Below, piece after piece: positions 11,012 through 20,817 of a DNA stretch of 64,000 bases. Source of the stretch: Alphaproteobacteria bacterium (lineage in GTDB: Bacteria > Pseudomonadota > Alphaproteobacteria > UBA7887); the NCBI GenBank assembly GCA_965216755.1, contig CBDCGL010000011.1, forward strand, positions 4,416,001 through 4,480,000, written 5' to 3'. A model generated the notes under the pieces. It was not told the origin of the DNA. It saw nothing but the letters and a program-made list of their open reading frames with translations, and did no database searches. The number at the start of each line of letters is the position of its first letter. Position 1 is the first letter of the stretch. Position numbers and translations under genes: made by a program.

Positions 11012-12247
11012 ATGACAAGGCAAAACAATCACGGCGCGGCGGCCTCGCGTCGACAAGTGTTGCGCGCTGGACTTGGGGGCGCCGCCTTGGGCGCGGGCAC
11101 CGTGCTGTCGCCGACACTATTGCGCAAGGCCTTGGCGGCCGATGCTGCGACGCGCAATCGCATTCTCGTCGTGCTCGAGCTCTCTGGCGGCAATGACGGT
11201 CTGAACACGGTGGTGCCCTACGCCGACGATGCCTATTACAGGCTGCGACCGACCATCAGCGTGAAGCCGGAGTCGGTTCTGAAAATCGACGACCACTTTG
11301 GCTTCAATCCCGGTTTGGTCGGGTTTGAACGGCTCTACAAGGATGGGCAATTCGCGGTTTTCCACGGCTGCGGCTATGAAAACCCCTCATTCTCGCACTT
11401 TACGTCGATGGCCTATTGGCACACCGGTGCGCCAAATTCCGGCGCCGAGTATGGCTGGGTTGGTCGTTTGGCGGACGCCACGCAGCCGGGTGGCGCGCCC
11501 AACTACATCGTTAATATCGACGCCACGCAGTCGCTTGCGGTGCGCAGCCGCGACCATGTTCCGGTTGTTTTCGACGATCCGACGAAGTTTGCGCGCCAGG
11601 GATTCTTTCAAGAGCAATCCATGTTCCAGCATGTCGCGCGTGGCGATGACGCGACCAATCCGTCACGACGATATCTGCTGGATATCGCGCGCAGCGCCAT
11701 CGATGCCTCGGCCCTGGTGCGCGAAGCTTGGAGCACGTATCGCACGCCGGTCGACTATGGGCTGGTCCCTCTGGACATGGACAAGATCGCAGCCCTGATC
11801 GCGGCGGACTTGCCAACCCGGCTCTACTACACGTCGTTTCGGAACAATGCCTTCGATACCCATGTTCATCAAGGCGCGCTGCATCAGCGTTTGTTGACCT
11901 ATGTTGCGGATGCGGTCGCCGGTTTCATGACGGACATGGAACGTATTGGTCGCGCAGATGACGTCGTACTGTTGATGTTTTCTGAGTTCGGCCGTCGGGT
12001 GCCCGAGAATACCAGCCTGGGTACGGATCACGGCGCCGCCGGCATGATGTTTCTGGTCGGCAAGCCGGTCAAGGGCGGACATTATGGCGATGTACCGCGC
12101 CTGACGACTCTGGACGACGGCGACAATCTGGCGTACACGACCGACTTTCGCCGGGTCTACGCAACGGTGATCGAAGGTTGGCTTGGTCACCCGAACGCTG
12201 CGGAGGTCTTGGGCGAGGGATTTGAGACTTTCCCGGTCTTCGCCTAA
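11012..12247 (+). CDS. DUF1501 family protein, Tat-exported
   Basis: SRRQVL twin-arginine signal; LSGGNDGLNTVVPY, SFSHF, FDTH, FSEFGRRV.EN...GTDHG, DFRRVYAT. Confidence 0.9.
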   Translation: MTRQNNHGAAASRRQVLRAGLGGAALGAGTVLSPTLLRKALAADAATRNRILVVLELSGGNDGLNTVVPYADDAYYRLRPTISVKPESVLKIDDHFGFNPGLVGFERLYKDGQFAVFHGCGYENPSFSHFTSMAYWHTGAPNSGAEYGWVGRLADATQPGGAPNYIVNIDATQSLAVRSRDHVPVVFDDPTKFARQGFFQEQSMFQHVARGDDATNPSRRYLLDIARSAIDASALVREAWSTYRTPVDYGLVPLDMDKIAALIAADLPTRLYYTSFRNNAFDTHVHQGALHQRLLTYVADAVAGFMTDMERIGRADDVVLLMFSEFGRRVPENTSLGTDHGAAGMMFLVGKPVKGGHYGDVPRLTTLDDGDNLAYTTDFRRVYATVIEGWLGHPNAAEVLGEGFETFPVFA

Positions 12248-12256
12248 AAGGAACGA

Positions 12257-13939
12257 TTATCGTTTCTGCGTTTTGGCCCAGCTGTCGCGCAGCGCTACCG
12301 TGCGATTGAAGACGGGGTGGCCGGGTGTGCCGTCGCGATCGGGGGTGAAATAGCCCAATCTTTCGAACTGAACGGTCTCACCGGCTTGCGCGGCGGCGAG
12401 CGCCGGCTCCAATTGCGCGTCGGATATGACCTCGATTGATTTGGGGTTGAGGTCGTCGAGCACGTCGCCGTCGGCGCCGGGATCGGGTCGCGCAAACAAG
12501 TGGTCGTACAGCCTGACCTCAGAGGTGACCGCGTGTGCTGCTGATACCCAATGCAACGTCGCCTTGACTTTACGGCCATCGGGGGCATTGCCGCCGCGAG
12601 TTTCGGGATCATACGTACAGCGGAGTCCGATGACGGTCCCGTCGGCATCCTTGATCACTTCTTGGCACGTGATGAAATACGCATAGCGCAGGCGGACTTC
12701 GCGACCCGGTGCCAAGCGAAAGAATTTTTTTGGCGGATCTTCCATGAAATCATCGCGCTCGATAAACAGCTCGCGGCCAAATGGGATCGACCGACGCCCC
12801 GCCGTGTCATCGTTGGGATTGTTGACCGCATCCAAGGATTCCGTGTGATCGTCGGGATAGTTGTCGATAGTAATTTCTAGTGGCCGCAAAACGGCCATGC
12901 GACGTGCCGCACGTGTGTTGAGATTTTCGCGCACGCAATGCTCCAACATCGCATATTCGACCACACCCTGGCTTTTGGCGACGCCCAGCCGCCCAATAAA
13001 ATCCCGAATGGCCGCAGCCGGGAAACCCCGTCGGCGTAGCCCCGACAAGGTCGGCATCCGTGGGTCATCCCAACCCGCGACGTGACCGTCCCGCACAAGT
13101 TGGAGCAAACGCCGCTTGGATAAAACCGTATGGGTTAGATTCAGTCGGGCAAATTCATACTGTCGGGGGTGTGACGGCACCGGCAAATTGTCCATAAACC
13201 AGTCATAGAGCGGCCGGTGATCTTCGAACTCCAAAGTACACAACGAATGGGTGATACCCTCGATGGCATCCGATTGGCCGTGGGCGAAATCGTAAGTGGG
13301 ATAGATTTTCCACGCTGTCCCGGTGCGCGGATGTTCGGCGTGCAGAATCCGATAGATCACCGGATCACGCAGGTTGATATTGCCCGATGCCATGTCGATC
13401 TTCGCCCGTAGCGCGCGGCTGCCGTCGGCGAATTCACCGGCGCGCATGCGGGCAAACAAGTCCAGGCTTTCGGCGATCGGCCGGTCACGAAAGGGGCTAT
13501 CGCGGCCGGGCTCGGTCAGCGTGCCGCGATGCGTGCGAATTTCGTCGGCCGATAGATCATCTACATAGGCCAGTCCATTTTCGATCAAATGGACGGCCCA
13601 TTGATACAGCTGCTCGAAATAATCGGAGGCGTGATATGTGTGCGCGCCCCAGTCAAAACCGAGCCAACGGACATCGGCTTCAATTGCTTTGATATAGGCC
13701 AGCTCTTCCTTTGTTGGGTTGGTATCGTCGAATCGCAAATGACATCGGCCACCAAATTCCCGAGCGATTCCGAAATTGAGACAAATCGATTTGGCGTGGC
13801 CGATATGAAGATAGCCATTCGGTTCCGGGGGGAACCGCGTCACGATGCGATCGTGTTGGCCGGTCTTGATGTCGTCGCGAATGATGTCGCGAATAAAATC
13901 GACGTTTTCGGGTGCGTCGGTCGTGGCGTCGGCGGTCAT
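12257..13939 (-). CDS. glnS: Glutaminyl-tRNA synthetase
   Basis: [63 protein letters not shown]. Confidence 0.97.
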   Translation of the reverse strand: MTADATTDAPENVDFIRDIIRDDIKTGQHDRIVTRFPPEPNGYLHIGHAKSICLNFGIAREFGGRCHLRFDDTNPTKEELAYIKAIEADVRWLGFDWGAHTYHASDYFEQLYQWAVHLIENGLAYVDDLSADEIRTHRGTLTEPGRDSPFRDRPIAESLDLFARMRAGEFADGSRALRAKIDMASGNINLRDPVIYRILHAEHPRTGTAWKIYPTYDFAHGQSDAIEGITHSLCTLEFEDHRPLYDWFMDNLPVPSHPRQYEFARLNLTHTVLSKRRLLQLVRDGHVAGWDDPRMPTLSGLRRRGFPAAAIRDFIGRLGVAKSQGVVEYAMLEHCVRENLNTRAARRMAVLRPLEITIDNYPDDHTESLDAVNNPNDDTAGRRSIPFGRELFIERDDFMEDPPKKFFRLAPGREVRLRYAYFITCQEVIKDADGTVIGLRCTYDPETRGGNAPDGRKVKATLHWVSAAHAVTSEVRLYDHLFARPDPGADGDVLDDLNPKSIEVISDAQLEPALAAAQAGETVQFERLGYFTPDRDGTPGHPVFNRTVALRDSWAKTQKR

Positions 13940-14161
13940 GGTTCGGCTTTCACGCGACATGAGACTATGGGTCGAGGCGTCAACTGCGGCGGACGGGGGC
14001 GCAGCGACGACGGGACTTGTTTAGTCTCGGTTGGCAACAACGTCCAGGTTTTGGGGTGCGGGCGCCCATTCGACAAGGGCGCGATCGCACCGTGCCAGAG
14101 CCAACGGATGCAGGTTTGGCACGCCGCCATTGGCATCGATGCGGAGATTGAGCGTGATGCG

Positions 14162-15316
14162 TTAGTCTTCGAGGATAATTTCGACGCGACGGTTTTGTGG
14201 TTCGCGCACATCGTTGGCGGTTTGAACCAGCGGCTCTTCTTCACCCCTGGCCACCAGCATGATCGAAGTGGCCGGCACGCCTTCGCGCATCAGGATCGTT
14301 GCGACCGCGTCGGCGCGCCGCCGTGACAGATTCTCATTGTATCGTTTCGCTCCGGAACTGTCGGTGTGACCGGCGAGCAAGATCTCTGTGACGCTATAGG
14401 CATAGGCCGTCGTTGCGGCACTGACCACCACTTGCTCGGCTTCCGCTGTCACGGTCGCGCTGTCCCAATCGAAGAACACCAAATAGGACCTTTGGATATC
14501 TTGGAGTGATTCTGGTTCCGGTGTTGGTTCCGGCGCGGGCGCGGACTCAGTCGCGGTCTCCGGTTTCGGTTCGGGCCTCGGCGCCGTGCTTGCCACCCCC
14601 GACACCGGTTCCGCTGGCGTCACGGGTGCGCCAAACTGGTAGCGTATCCCCAACAGCAGATTGTGGCTGGCGAAGTCGGTCTCGATATCCAAACCCGCCG
14701 CGGTATCGAACTCGGCCCCATGGGTGCGGAAATACCGATAATCGAGAGACAGCAAAAGCGCCGGCGTGAGCGCGTAGCTCGCGCCCAGGAGCCCTTGATA
14801 GGCCACTGTCGTGGCCTCGTCGCGCATGGTCGTGCCGCCAATCCCCAGGTTATCGATGTCCAAATGCGCGCCGCCGACGCCTAGCCCGGCATAGGGCACG
14901 ATCCGGCTGTTCGGAATCAAGTCGATCACCGCGTTGGCCATCATGGAAATGGCGGTCACCGCGCCACCCGACGAAACCGAGCCCACCGCGTCCGCATCGT
15001 GGTCGCGCCAACCAAGTTCCAATTCAGTACGCAGTCCGAATCCAGGCAATGCAGCCTGACCAAAATTGTAGCCGGCCGCAGCAATCGCGACGAGACCACT
15101 GTCCCATTCTATGTCTGTATTGATCCCGGGACCTTCGGCATCCGCGTCAAGTGGCACGCTCACACCTGCACCGGCGCCAACATAGAAGCCGCGCAGCTCC
15201 CACGCGATGTCGTCGGCAGGCTGGGCCCACGCTAATGATCCGAGGTAGCAAATCGCTCCGGCCACACACCCCACCCGTAACAGCGGTTTGTCGCTGTAAC
15301 GAGCGCCAAACGCCAT
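14162..15316 (-). CDS. OmpA-family protein: outer-membrane beta-barrel + Pro-rich linker + OmpA C-terminal PG-binding domain
   Basis: Signal peptide, barrel strands (PYAGLGVG, AYQGLLG, LGIRYQF), PEP linker, VFFDWDS, GHTD, NENLSRRRA, NRRVEI; RBS AAGGA before 15316. Confidence 0.9.
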   Translation of the reverse strand: MAFGARYSDKPLLRVGCVAGAICYLGSLAWAQPADDIAWELRGFYVGAGAGVSVPLDADAEGPGINTDIEWDSGLVAIAAAGYNFGQAALPGFGLRTELELGWRDHDADAVGSVSSGGAVTAISMMANAVIDLIPNSRIVPYAGLGVGGAHLDIDNLGIGGTTMRDEATTVAYQGLLGASYALTPALLLSLDYRYFRTHGAEFDTAAGLDIETDFASHNLLLGIRYQFGAPVTPAEPVSGVASTAPRPEPKPETATESAPAPEPTPEPESLQDIQRSYLVFFDWDSATVTAEAEQVVVSAATTAYAYSVTEILLAGHTDSSGAKRYNENLSRRRADAVATILMREGVPATSIMLVARGEEEPLVQTANDVREPQNRRVEIILED

Positions 15317-15755
15317 CGTTTTCCTTGTCTTAACAATCAAGCGCGACACGCTAAGCCACATCTCCTAATGTGTTACGGAAAAAGTAATGCAGCTATGAGG
15401 TAGCCAATACGTGAATTCGTCCTCATGCACCTTACGAATTGTTGCCCGTGACCGGCAATTGATTTCTCGCATGGGGGGTCACCGACTCGGGCTTGGTGTG
15501 TGGGTCCGCGATGCGTCACGATCAGCGCGTGCAATCGACCCCGGCCATCGCACCGCGCTCAAGAAAGCCGCTGCCGCGCCGGATACAAAAAAGGATGCCC
15601 GCCTGGCCGTGGCGCCTGGTTTGATCATGTTTTGTTCTCGCCGTTCCTCACCGCGATCGGATTGATGCAATTTGACAACAATTCTTGTAAAATTATCGAA
15701 TTGATGGGGAAGAAAACCGGCGTTGGGGGGGCCGGAGAACTTTAAGAGGGGGCCA

Positions 15756-18497
15756 ATGACCCGCATGCAAATTCAACACGGATTGACGGTCTTGGGCCTC
15801 GCCGTGGCGTGTGTCTGTTTGACCGGACCGGCTTACGGCCAATTGATACCGCCGGGCGCAACCGCTGATCTGGCGGTCATACAACGTGATTTGAACACGG
15901 CCCTGGAGCAAGCGGAAACCGACGCGGTCGCGCGCTGGACCAACCCAGCCACAGGTCACCATGGTGAAATCACGCCTCTTGAGACCTTTCTGGCGGATGC
16001 GGTAACGCCATGTCGTAAGTACCGGCGTACCTGGGACGACGGTAACAGGACACTTATCTATGAAGGCGCCGGGTGTCGGAATTTTGATGGCACGTGGCGC
16101 ATTGTCGACGAGCGACAGGTGGCCCACCAAGCGGCGCAAGCGGACGGCGCATGGGTGCCGCCCGACGCCGAAACCAATGTTGAACCGCGTCCCTTGTCAC
16201 GCGGCGGCATTGTCGAGGCACAGCGCTTGTTGGCCCAGCTGGGCTACGACCCAGGGCCGGCTGATGGTGTTGCCGGACCCAAGACTGGCCGCGCCGTCGA
16301 AGCTTTTCAGCGCAAAAATGAAATGGACGTGACCGGCGAGCTCGACTCCCAAGTTCTGGCGGCCATGCGGCGTGGGGTCGAAAGCGAGGAAAGCAGCGCG
16401 GCCGACGCAGCCGAAGTGCGCGATGAAGGTGAAGAACCGGTCGAGGCCCAGGATGATGAGCCGATTTCCGGTATCGAGGAGGCGGAGCCAGAGGGGGCGG
16501 ACGATGCGGTTGATCGGTCTGAGGCCGAAGACTTGCTTTGGGCTGATGCCGAAACGGCAGAAACAGATGGCGATCCGGTGATTTTTGAGGTGCAAGAGCT
16601 CCTGACCGTCTTGGCGTTCGATCCGGGACCGATCAATGGCCGAAACAACCCACGAACAAAGCGCGCCGTGCAGCTTTTTCAACGGAGCCAATACGACGCG
16701 GCGACCGGTATTGTTGATGGCGCTCTGCTTGAGTCGCTGCGGGCCGCGGTCGTGAACGCGGCGGACGAAGGCTTGGAAGCGCCGGCGGATAGCATGGCCG
16801 CGGATGCGCGCGACGATGCGAGCGCCGCTGAGGCGGCAGCCGACGATGACGGTACCGCTGAGGCAATGGCCGATGATGGCGCTGTCGAGACCGATCAGGA
16901 CGATGAGGATGTTGCCGATGCAACGGACGCCGCCGCCGCGGCAGAGACTTTTGAGATTACCCCGGCGGTCGTGAAGGAAGTGCAGGAACGTCTGACCGCC
17001 CTGGGCCACGATGCCGGCAATGCTGACGGTGTTGCCGGCGCAAAGACCCATGCGGCGATCGAGTCCTATCAACAGGCACGATCGCTGACGGTCGATGGCG
17101 CGATCAGCGAAAGCTTGTTGCGCACGCTTTGGGAAGATGACGAGACGGCTAGCTTGGTAACCAACGCCGATGCGGCGTCCGACGACAGTGTCGAAGAGCA
17201 TTCGCCGGATGACACGACCACGGTCGCGGTAGCCGAGCCCGATGACGCGGAGCCGGACGCGGCGGATTCGACCAGATCACAGGTTGCGCCAGCGGCTCCG
17301 ACCCCGATTGCCGATCGTGTTGTTGCCTCGCCGGCGCCCAAAGATGGGCGGGTCGCAGATCCGACCGGTGGGGCGCCAGCCGAAAACGTCGCCCGCCCCG
17401 CCCCGGCAACGGAGGACTCCGTCGAACCGATCACAATTGCGGCGAGTCGACCGAAGGATCCGCTTGCACTGCCGGTTGACATCGAAATTCTCGACGCAAC
17501 GTCACAGGCGGCGGAAACCCTTGAAGGGGATGGCGACGCCGCCAGCGATGAGGAACCTTTGCGAATCGGGGAGCTGGCGATTCCACCATTGCCGTATGGC
17601 ACGATCCCGGTCGCCGCGCCGATTACACTGCCGTCACGCATGTCTTATTTGTTGGTTGCCCTAGGTGATGTGGCCAAGCGCGGCGATGGCGGCGACGATA
17701 TTGTGTTGAACAACGAAGAGGCGATGGTGGCGCGCGTGGCGAAGGCAGAGGCGGATACGCTCGCGTTTTGTGCGCTTGGTGCAGAAGATGAGGGGTTCCA
17801 TGCGGCGCAAGCGACCTACGACTTCATCGACCGCGCTCAAGTGCGGGCTAAATCGGTCGAGGCCGTAAGCGGCGCCGGCGCCGAGCAAGCCGTCACTGAC
17901 GCTGCGTGCGATGTATTGATCGGACTAGAGGCGTCTGTCTTGGCGTTGTTCGGTGACGACATGCCGAACGACGCGGTGGTCGTCTCGATGACGCCGCGGC
18001 CGTCGCGAAGTCTGGCGGGTGGCTTGTACGCCATGGATGTACGCGGCATTCGGTTGCGCGATTCGATGTACAAGGTTGCCGGTCGCGTGCCGTTCCAGCC
18101 CCGTCCGCAAATGCTGGATCGTGACCACAGTATCGTCGACATCTATGACGCCAAGGCCGAGCATGACGGCGCCCAATTTGACCTGACCTTTGATCGTGAT
18201 CGCAGACTCGTGGCGCTGGAGGTGAGTTGGGATCTGACATCGCCGGAATCTGCGCAGAACATTGCCAATGCGCTGGCCGAACAGTATGGCGATCCGGTCA
18301 AGAAGCAGGACACCGATGCGCAAGTGACTCTGTATTATGCATCGCCTCCGATACCCGACCAAGGCGCGGCGGACGCCTACGCGGTGTTCACGGTGGACGG
18401 CGCGGATCGTCGGGTACGGGTCAGTCTCGTTGACAATATCGGCATGCGGCGCAACGATGCTGCGGGCCGGAGCTATATGGCAACGCTCGATCGATAA
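15756..18497 (+). CDS. Large acidic exported protein: RT0821/Lpp0805-like domain, three PG_binding_1 repeats, unknown C-terminal domain
   Basis: Signal peptide; WTNPATGHHG...PCRKY...GCR; three Q..L..LG.D.G..DG..G.KT..A...FQ repeats; Asp/Glu/Ala-rich linkers. Confidence 0.8.
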   Translation: MTRMQIQHGLTVLGLAVACVCLTGPAYGQLIPPGATADLAVIQRDLNTALEQAETDAVARWTNPATGHHGEITPLETFLADAVTPCRKYRRTWDDGNRTLIYEGAGCRNFDGTWRIVDERQVAHQAAQADGAWVPPDAETNVEPRPLSRGGIVEAQRLLAQLGYDPGPADGVAGPKTGRAVEAFQRKNEMDVTGELDSQVLAAMRRGVESEESSAADAAEVRDEGEEPVEAQDDEPISGIEEAEPEGADDAVDRSEAEDLLWADAETAETDGDPVIFEVQELLTVLAFDPGPINGRNNPRTKRAVQLFQRSQYDAATGIVDGALLESLRAAVVNAADEGLEAPADSMAADARDDASAAEAAADDDGTAEAMADDGAVETDQDDEDVADATDAAAAAETFEITPAVVKEVQERLTALGHDAGNADGVAGAKTHAAIESYQQARSLTVDGAISESLLRTLWEDDETASLVTNADAASDDSVEEHSPDDTTTVAVAEPDDAEPDAADSTRSQVAPAAPTPIADRVVASPAPKDGRVADPTGGAPAENVARPAPATEDSVEPITIAASRPKDPLALPVDIEILDATSQAAETLEGDGDAASDEEPLRIGELAIPPLPYGTIPVAAPITLPSRMSYLLVALGDVAKRGDGGDDIVLNNEEAMVARVAKAEADTLAFCALGAEDEGFHAAQATYDFIDRAQVRAKSVEAVSGAGAEQAVTDAACDVLIGLEASVLALFGDDMPNDAVVVSMTPRPSRSLAGGLYAMDVRGIRLRDSMYKVAGRVPFQPRPQMLDRDHSIVDIYDAKAEHDGAQFDLTFDRDRRLVALEVSWDLTSPESAQNIANALAEQYGDPVKKQDTDAQVTLYYASPPIPDQGAADAYAVFTVDGADRRVRVSLVDNIGMRRNDAAGRSYMATLDR

Positions 18498-18535
18498 CGC
18501 GTGCGACGGGCTCGGGTTGCGCATTGAGGGGGCAG

Positions 18536-19225
18536 ATGTCGCAAGAAACCGCTTTGATCGTCGGCGCGGGAGCGGGGCTCAGTGCGTCGCTGGCGCGACT
18601 TTTTGCACGCGAACAAATGGGCGTCGCTGTCGCTGCGCGTCAGCCTGAAAAACTTAAGGAATTGGTGGCGGAGATCGACGGCCGGGCTTACGCGTGCGAC
18701 GCCACGTCGCCGGACGCGGTGGCCGCCCTGTTTACGTCATTTGAAGCGGATTTCGGCACACCGGATATCGTTGTCTATAACCCGTCGGCACGGCAACCCG
18801 GCGGGATCGCCGAAATCGATGCGGACGCGGTGCGCGACGCTCTTATGGTCACGTGCTTCGGCGGTTTCCTGGTTGGCCAGCAGGCGGCGCGGCGCATGCG
18901 TGATGCGGGCCGCGGCTCGATCCTGCTTACGGGTGCCTCGGCGTCGGTCAAGGGCTATGCCAAATCGGCATCGTTTGCCATGGGCAAATTCGGACTACGT
19001 GGGCTTGCACAAAGCATGGCTCGCGAATTGGCGCCGCAAAACATCCATGTCGCACACTTTGTTATCGATGGCGCGATTCGATCTGCGGCGCGCGGGCGCA
19101 TCGACGAGAACGACAGTTTTCTTGATCCCGATGCGATCGCCCAAAGTTACTTAGACATTCACCGCCAGCATCGCAGCGCATGGACGTGGGAGATCGAATT
19201 GCGTCCATGGGTGGAAAATTTCTAA
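18536..19225 (+). CDS. Short-chain dehydrogenase/reductase
   Basis: VGAGAGLS, TGASASVKG, FAMGKFGLRGLAQS, HVAHFVIDG, WTWEIELRP. Confidence 0.9.
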   Translation: MSQETALIVGAGAGLSASLARLFAREQMGVAVAARQPEKLKELVAEIDGRAYACDATSPDAVAALFTSFEADFGTPDIVVYNPSARQPGGIAEIDADAVRDALMVTCFGGFLVGQQAARRMRDAGRGSILLTGASASVKGYAKSASFAMGKFGLRGLAQSMARELAPQNIHVAHFVIDGAIRSAARGRIDENDSFLDPDAIAQSYLDIHRQHRSAWTWEIELRPWVENF

Positions 19226-19261
19226 AGTAACGATTGGCCGTTGGAGCATAGACCAACGGGG

Positions 19262-20086
19262 TCAACTGCCCGCTTCGATCATGTGTATATCGCGTTGTGG
19301 ATAGGGGATGTTGACCCCGGCCGAATCGAGCGCTTCCTTCATGGCGCGGGTAAGGTCGAATTTCACGTTCCAGTAGTCGCTCCGATTGCACCATACGCGG
19401 AGCATGATGTTGACCGAACTGTCGGCCAGCTCGGTAACAGCGGTCATGGGATCCGGGTCGGCCAAGACGCGTTTGTCGTCTTGGGCCAGCTTGAGGATCG
19501 TGGTTGCGGCCTTGCCGATATCGTCGCCGTAACCGATGCCGACGACCAGATCGATGCGCCGCGTTGGATTGAAACTGTAGTTGCGCACCGGCGTATTCCA
19601 CACTTCTTTGTTAGGCGCGACGACATGGACATTGTCCGGCGTGGCGAATTCGGTGACGAACAAGTTGAGCGATTTCACAGTGCCGGCGATGCCGGCCACC
19701 TCAACGAAATCACCGACCCGAAACGGCCGAAATACCAGCAGCATGACACCGGCGGCAACGTTGCTCAGTGTCCCCTGCAATGCCAAGCCCACGGCTAGAC
19801 CGGCGGCGCCCAGAACGGCTATCAGGCTGGCGGTTTGGATGCCGACTTGCGAAAGTGCGGCGAGCAGCACGACCGTCAGCACCAGATAGCGGGCCAAACT
19901 GGCGAAAAAGCCACGCAATGTCCGATCGAACTTTGACGTCTTGCCGAGCGCATTGTACACGGCGCGGCGGACCCAACCGGCAACGATCCAGCCAACGACG
20001 ATGATGACCAGCGCGCCGATGATCTTTAGTCCGTAGACGGATAGCATTGTCGTTGCCATTGCGGCGATATCATCAAAGTTGGTCAT
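19262..20086 (-). CDS. mscS: Small-conductance mechanosensitive channel
   Basis: GAAGLAVGLALQGTLSNVAAG, RPFRVGD, T.DN..V..PN, IPYPQRDIH. Confidence 0.93.
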   Translation of the reverse strand: MTNFDDIAAMATTMLSVYGLKIIGALVIIVVGWIVAGWVRRAVYNALGKTSKFDRTLRGFFASLARYLVLTVVLLAALSQVGIQTASLIAVLGAAGLAVGLALQGTLSNVAAGVMLLVFRPFRVGDFVEVAGIAGTVKSLNLFVTEFATPDNVHVVAPNKEVWNTPVRNYSFNPTRRIDLVVGIGYGDDIGKAATTILKLAQDDKRVLADPDPMTAVTELADSSVNIMLRVWCNRSDYWNVKFDLTRAMKEALDSAGVNIPYPQRDIHMIEAGS

Positions 20087-20311
20087 CAAGCTTTGCCCCT
20101 TCGCGCAATTTGTGGACATGTCTGGTGCTGCGGATTTTCGCCAACACATGTCATGATAATCATTTGACGGCACAGACCATAGCGGAGATCGCGTTCACGA
20201 TCACGAGTCACGCGCGCGTCATTGGCCACCGCCGTGCCCTTGCCCTTGCCGTACCCCGGGCGGGGATGCGCCGCGGATTCAAATCCTGTACGATTGCGGC
20301 AGGAGGACGAG

Positions 20312-20725
20312 ATGGCAGCGAAACAACAACGACAATTTCGACGATATGCGGGATGTGGGTCGAATGTGGTGCGGGCGTGTTTGATGGCAGCCAGCATGGC
20401 GGCGGCAACTTCGGCTTGGGGCCAGGTCGTCGACGATCAAGGGTTTGATGATTTGGCCTATATCGTTCAGGCTCTTAATACGGCGTTGGAGACCACGCGT
20501 TCGGGCACCGAGACAACTTGGCACAACCCGTCCAGCGGTCACCACGGCATAGTGGTGCCGTCCTCGACTTTCTCCGACGCCAAAGGGCGGCCATGTCGAA
20601 CCTATAAGCGGACGTGGCGTGGCGGTGGAGCGTTTGCCGTCTATCGCGGCGCGGCCTGCCGGAGCGGCAACCAGGTTTGGCACATTCAAAGCGAACGCCA
20701 GGACTCGTCTGTCGGCGAGGTCTAG
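20312..20725 (+). CDS. RT0821/Lpp0805-family (17-kDa surface antigen-like) exported protein
   Basis: RBS AGGAGG; signal-like N-terminus; ALE...WHNPSSGHHG...PCRTY...AACR...W; paralog of the N-terminal domain of 15756..18497. Confidence 0.7.
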   Translation: MAAKQQRQFRRYAGCGSNVVRACLMAASMAAATSAWGQVVDDQGFDDLAYIVQALNTALETTRSGTETTWHNPSSGHHGIVVPSSTFSDAKGRPCRTYKRTWRGGGAFAVYRGAACRSGNQVWHIQSERQDSSVGEV

Positions 20726-20772
20726 ATCAATCTTCGTTCAAACGGATTCGTTTGGACGAAGGTAAATTGATC
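20725..20772. terminator. Hairpin between convergent genes (possible bidirectional terminator)
   Basis: CTTCGTTCAAACG-gatt-CGTTTGGACGAAG (13 bp, one G-U), extended by GATCAAT/ATTGATC. Confidence 0.55.
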
Positions 20773-20817
20773 GATATCAGTTAGATATGGAGGCTCAACA
20801 GTCTAGGTTTGGGATCG

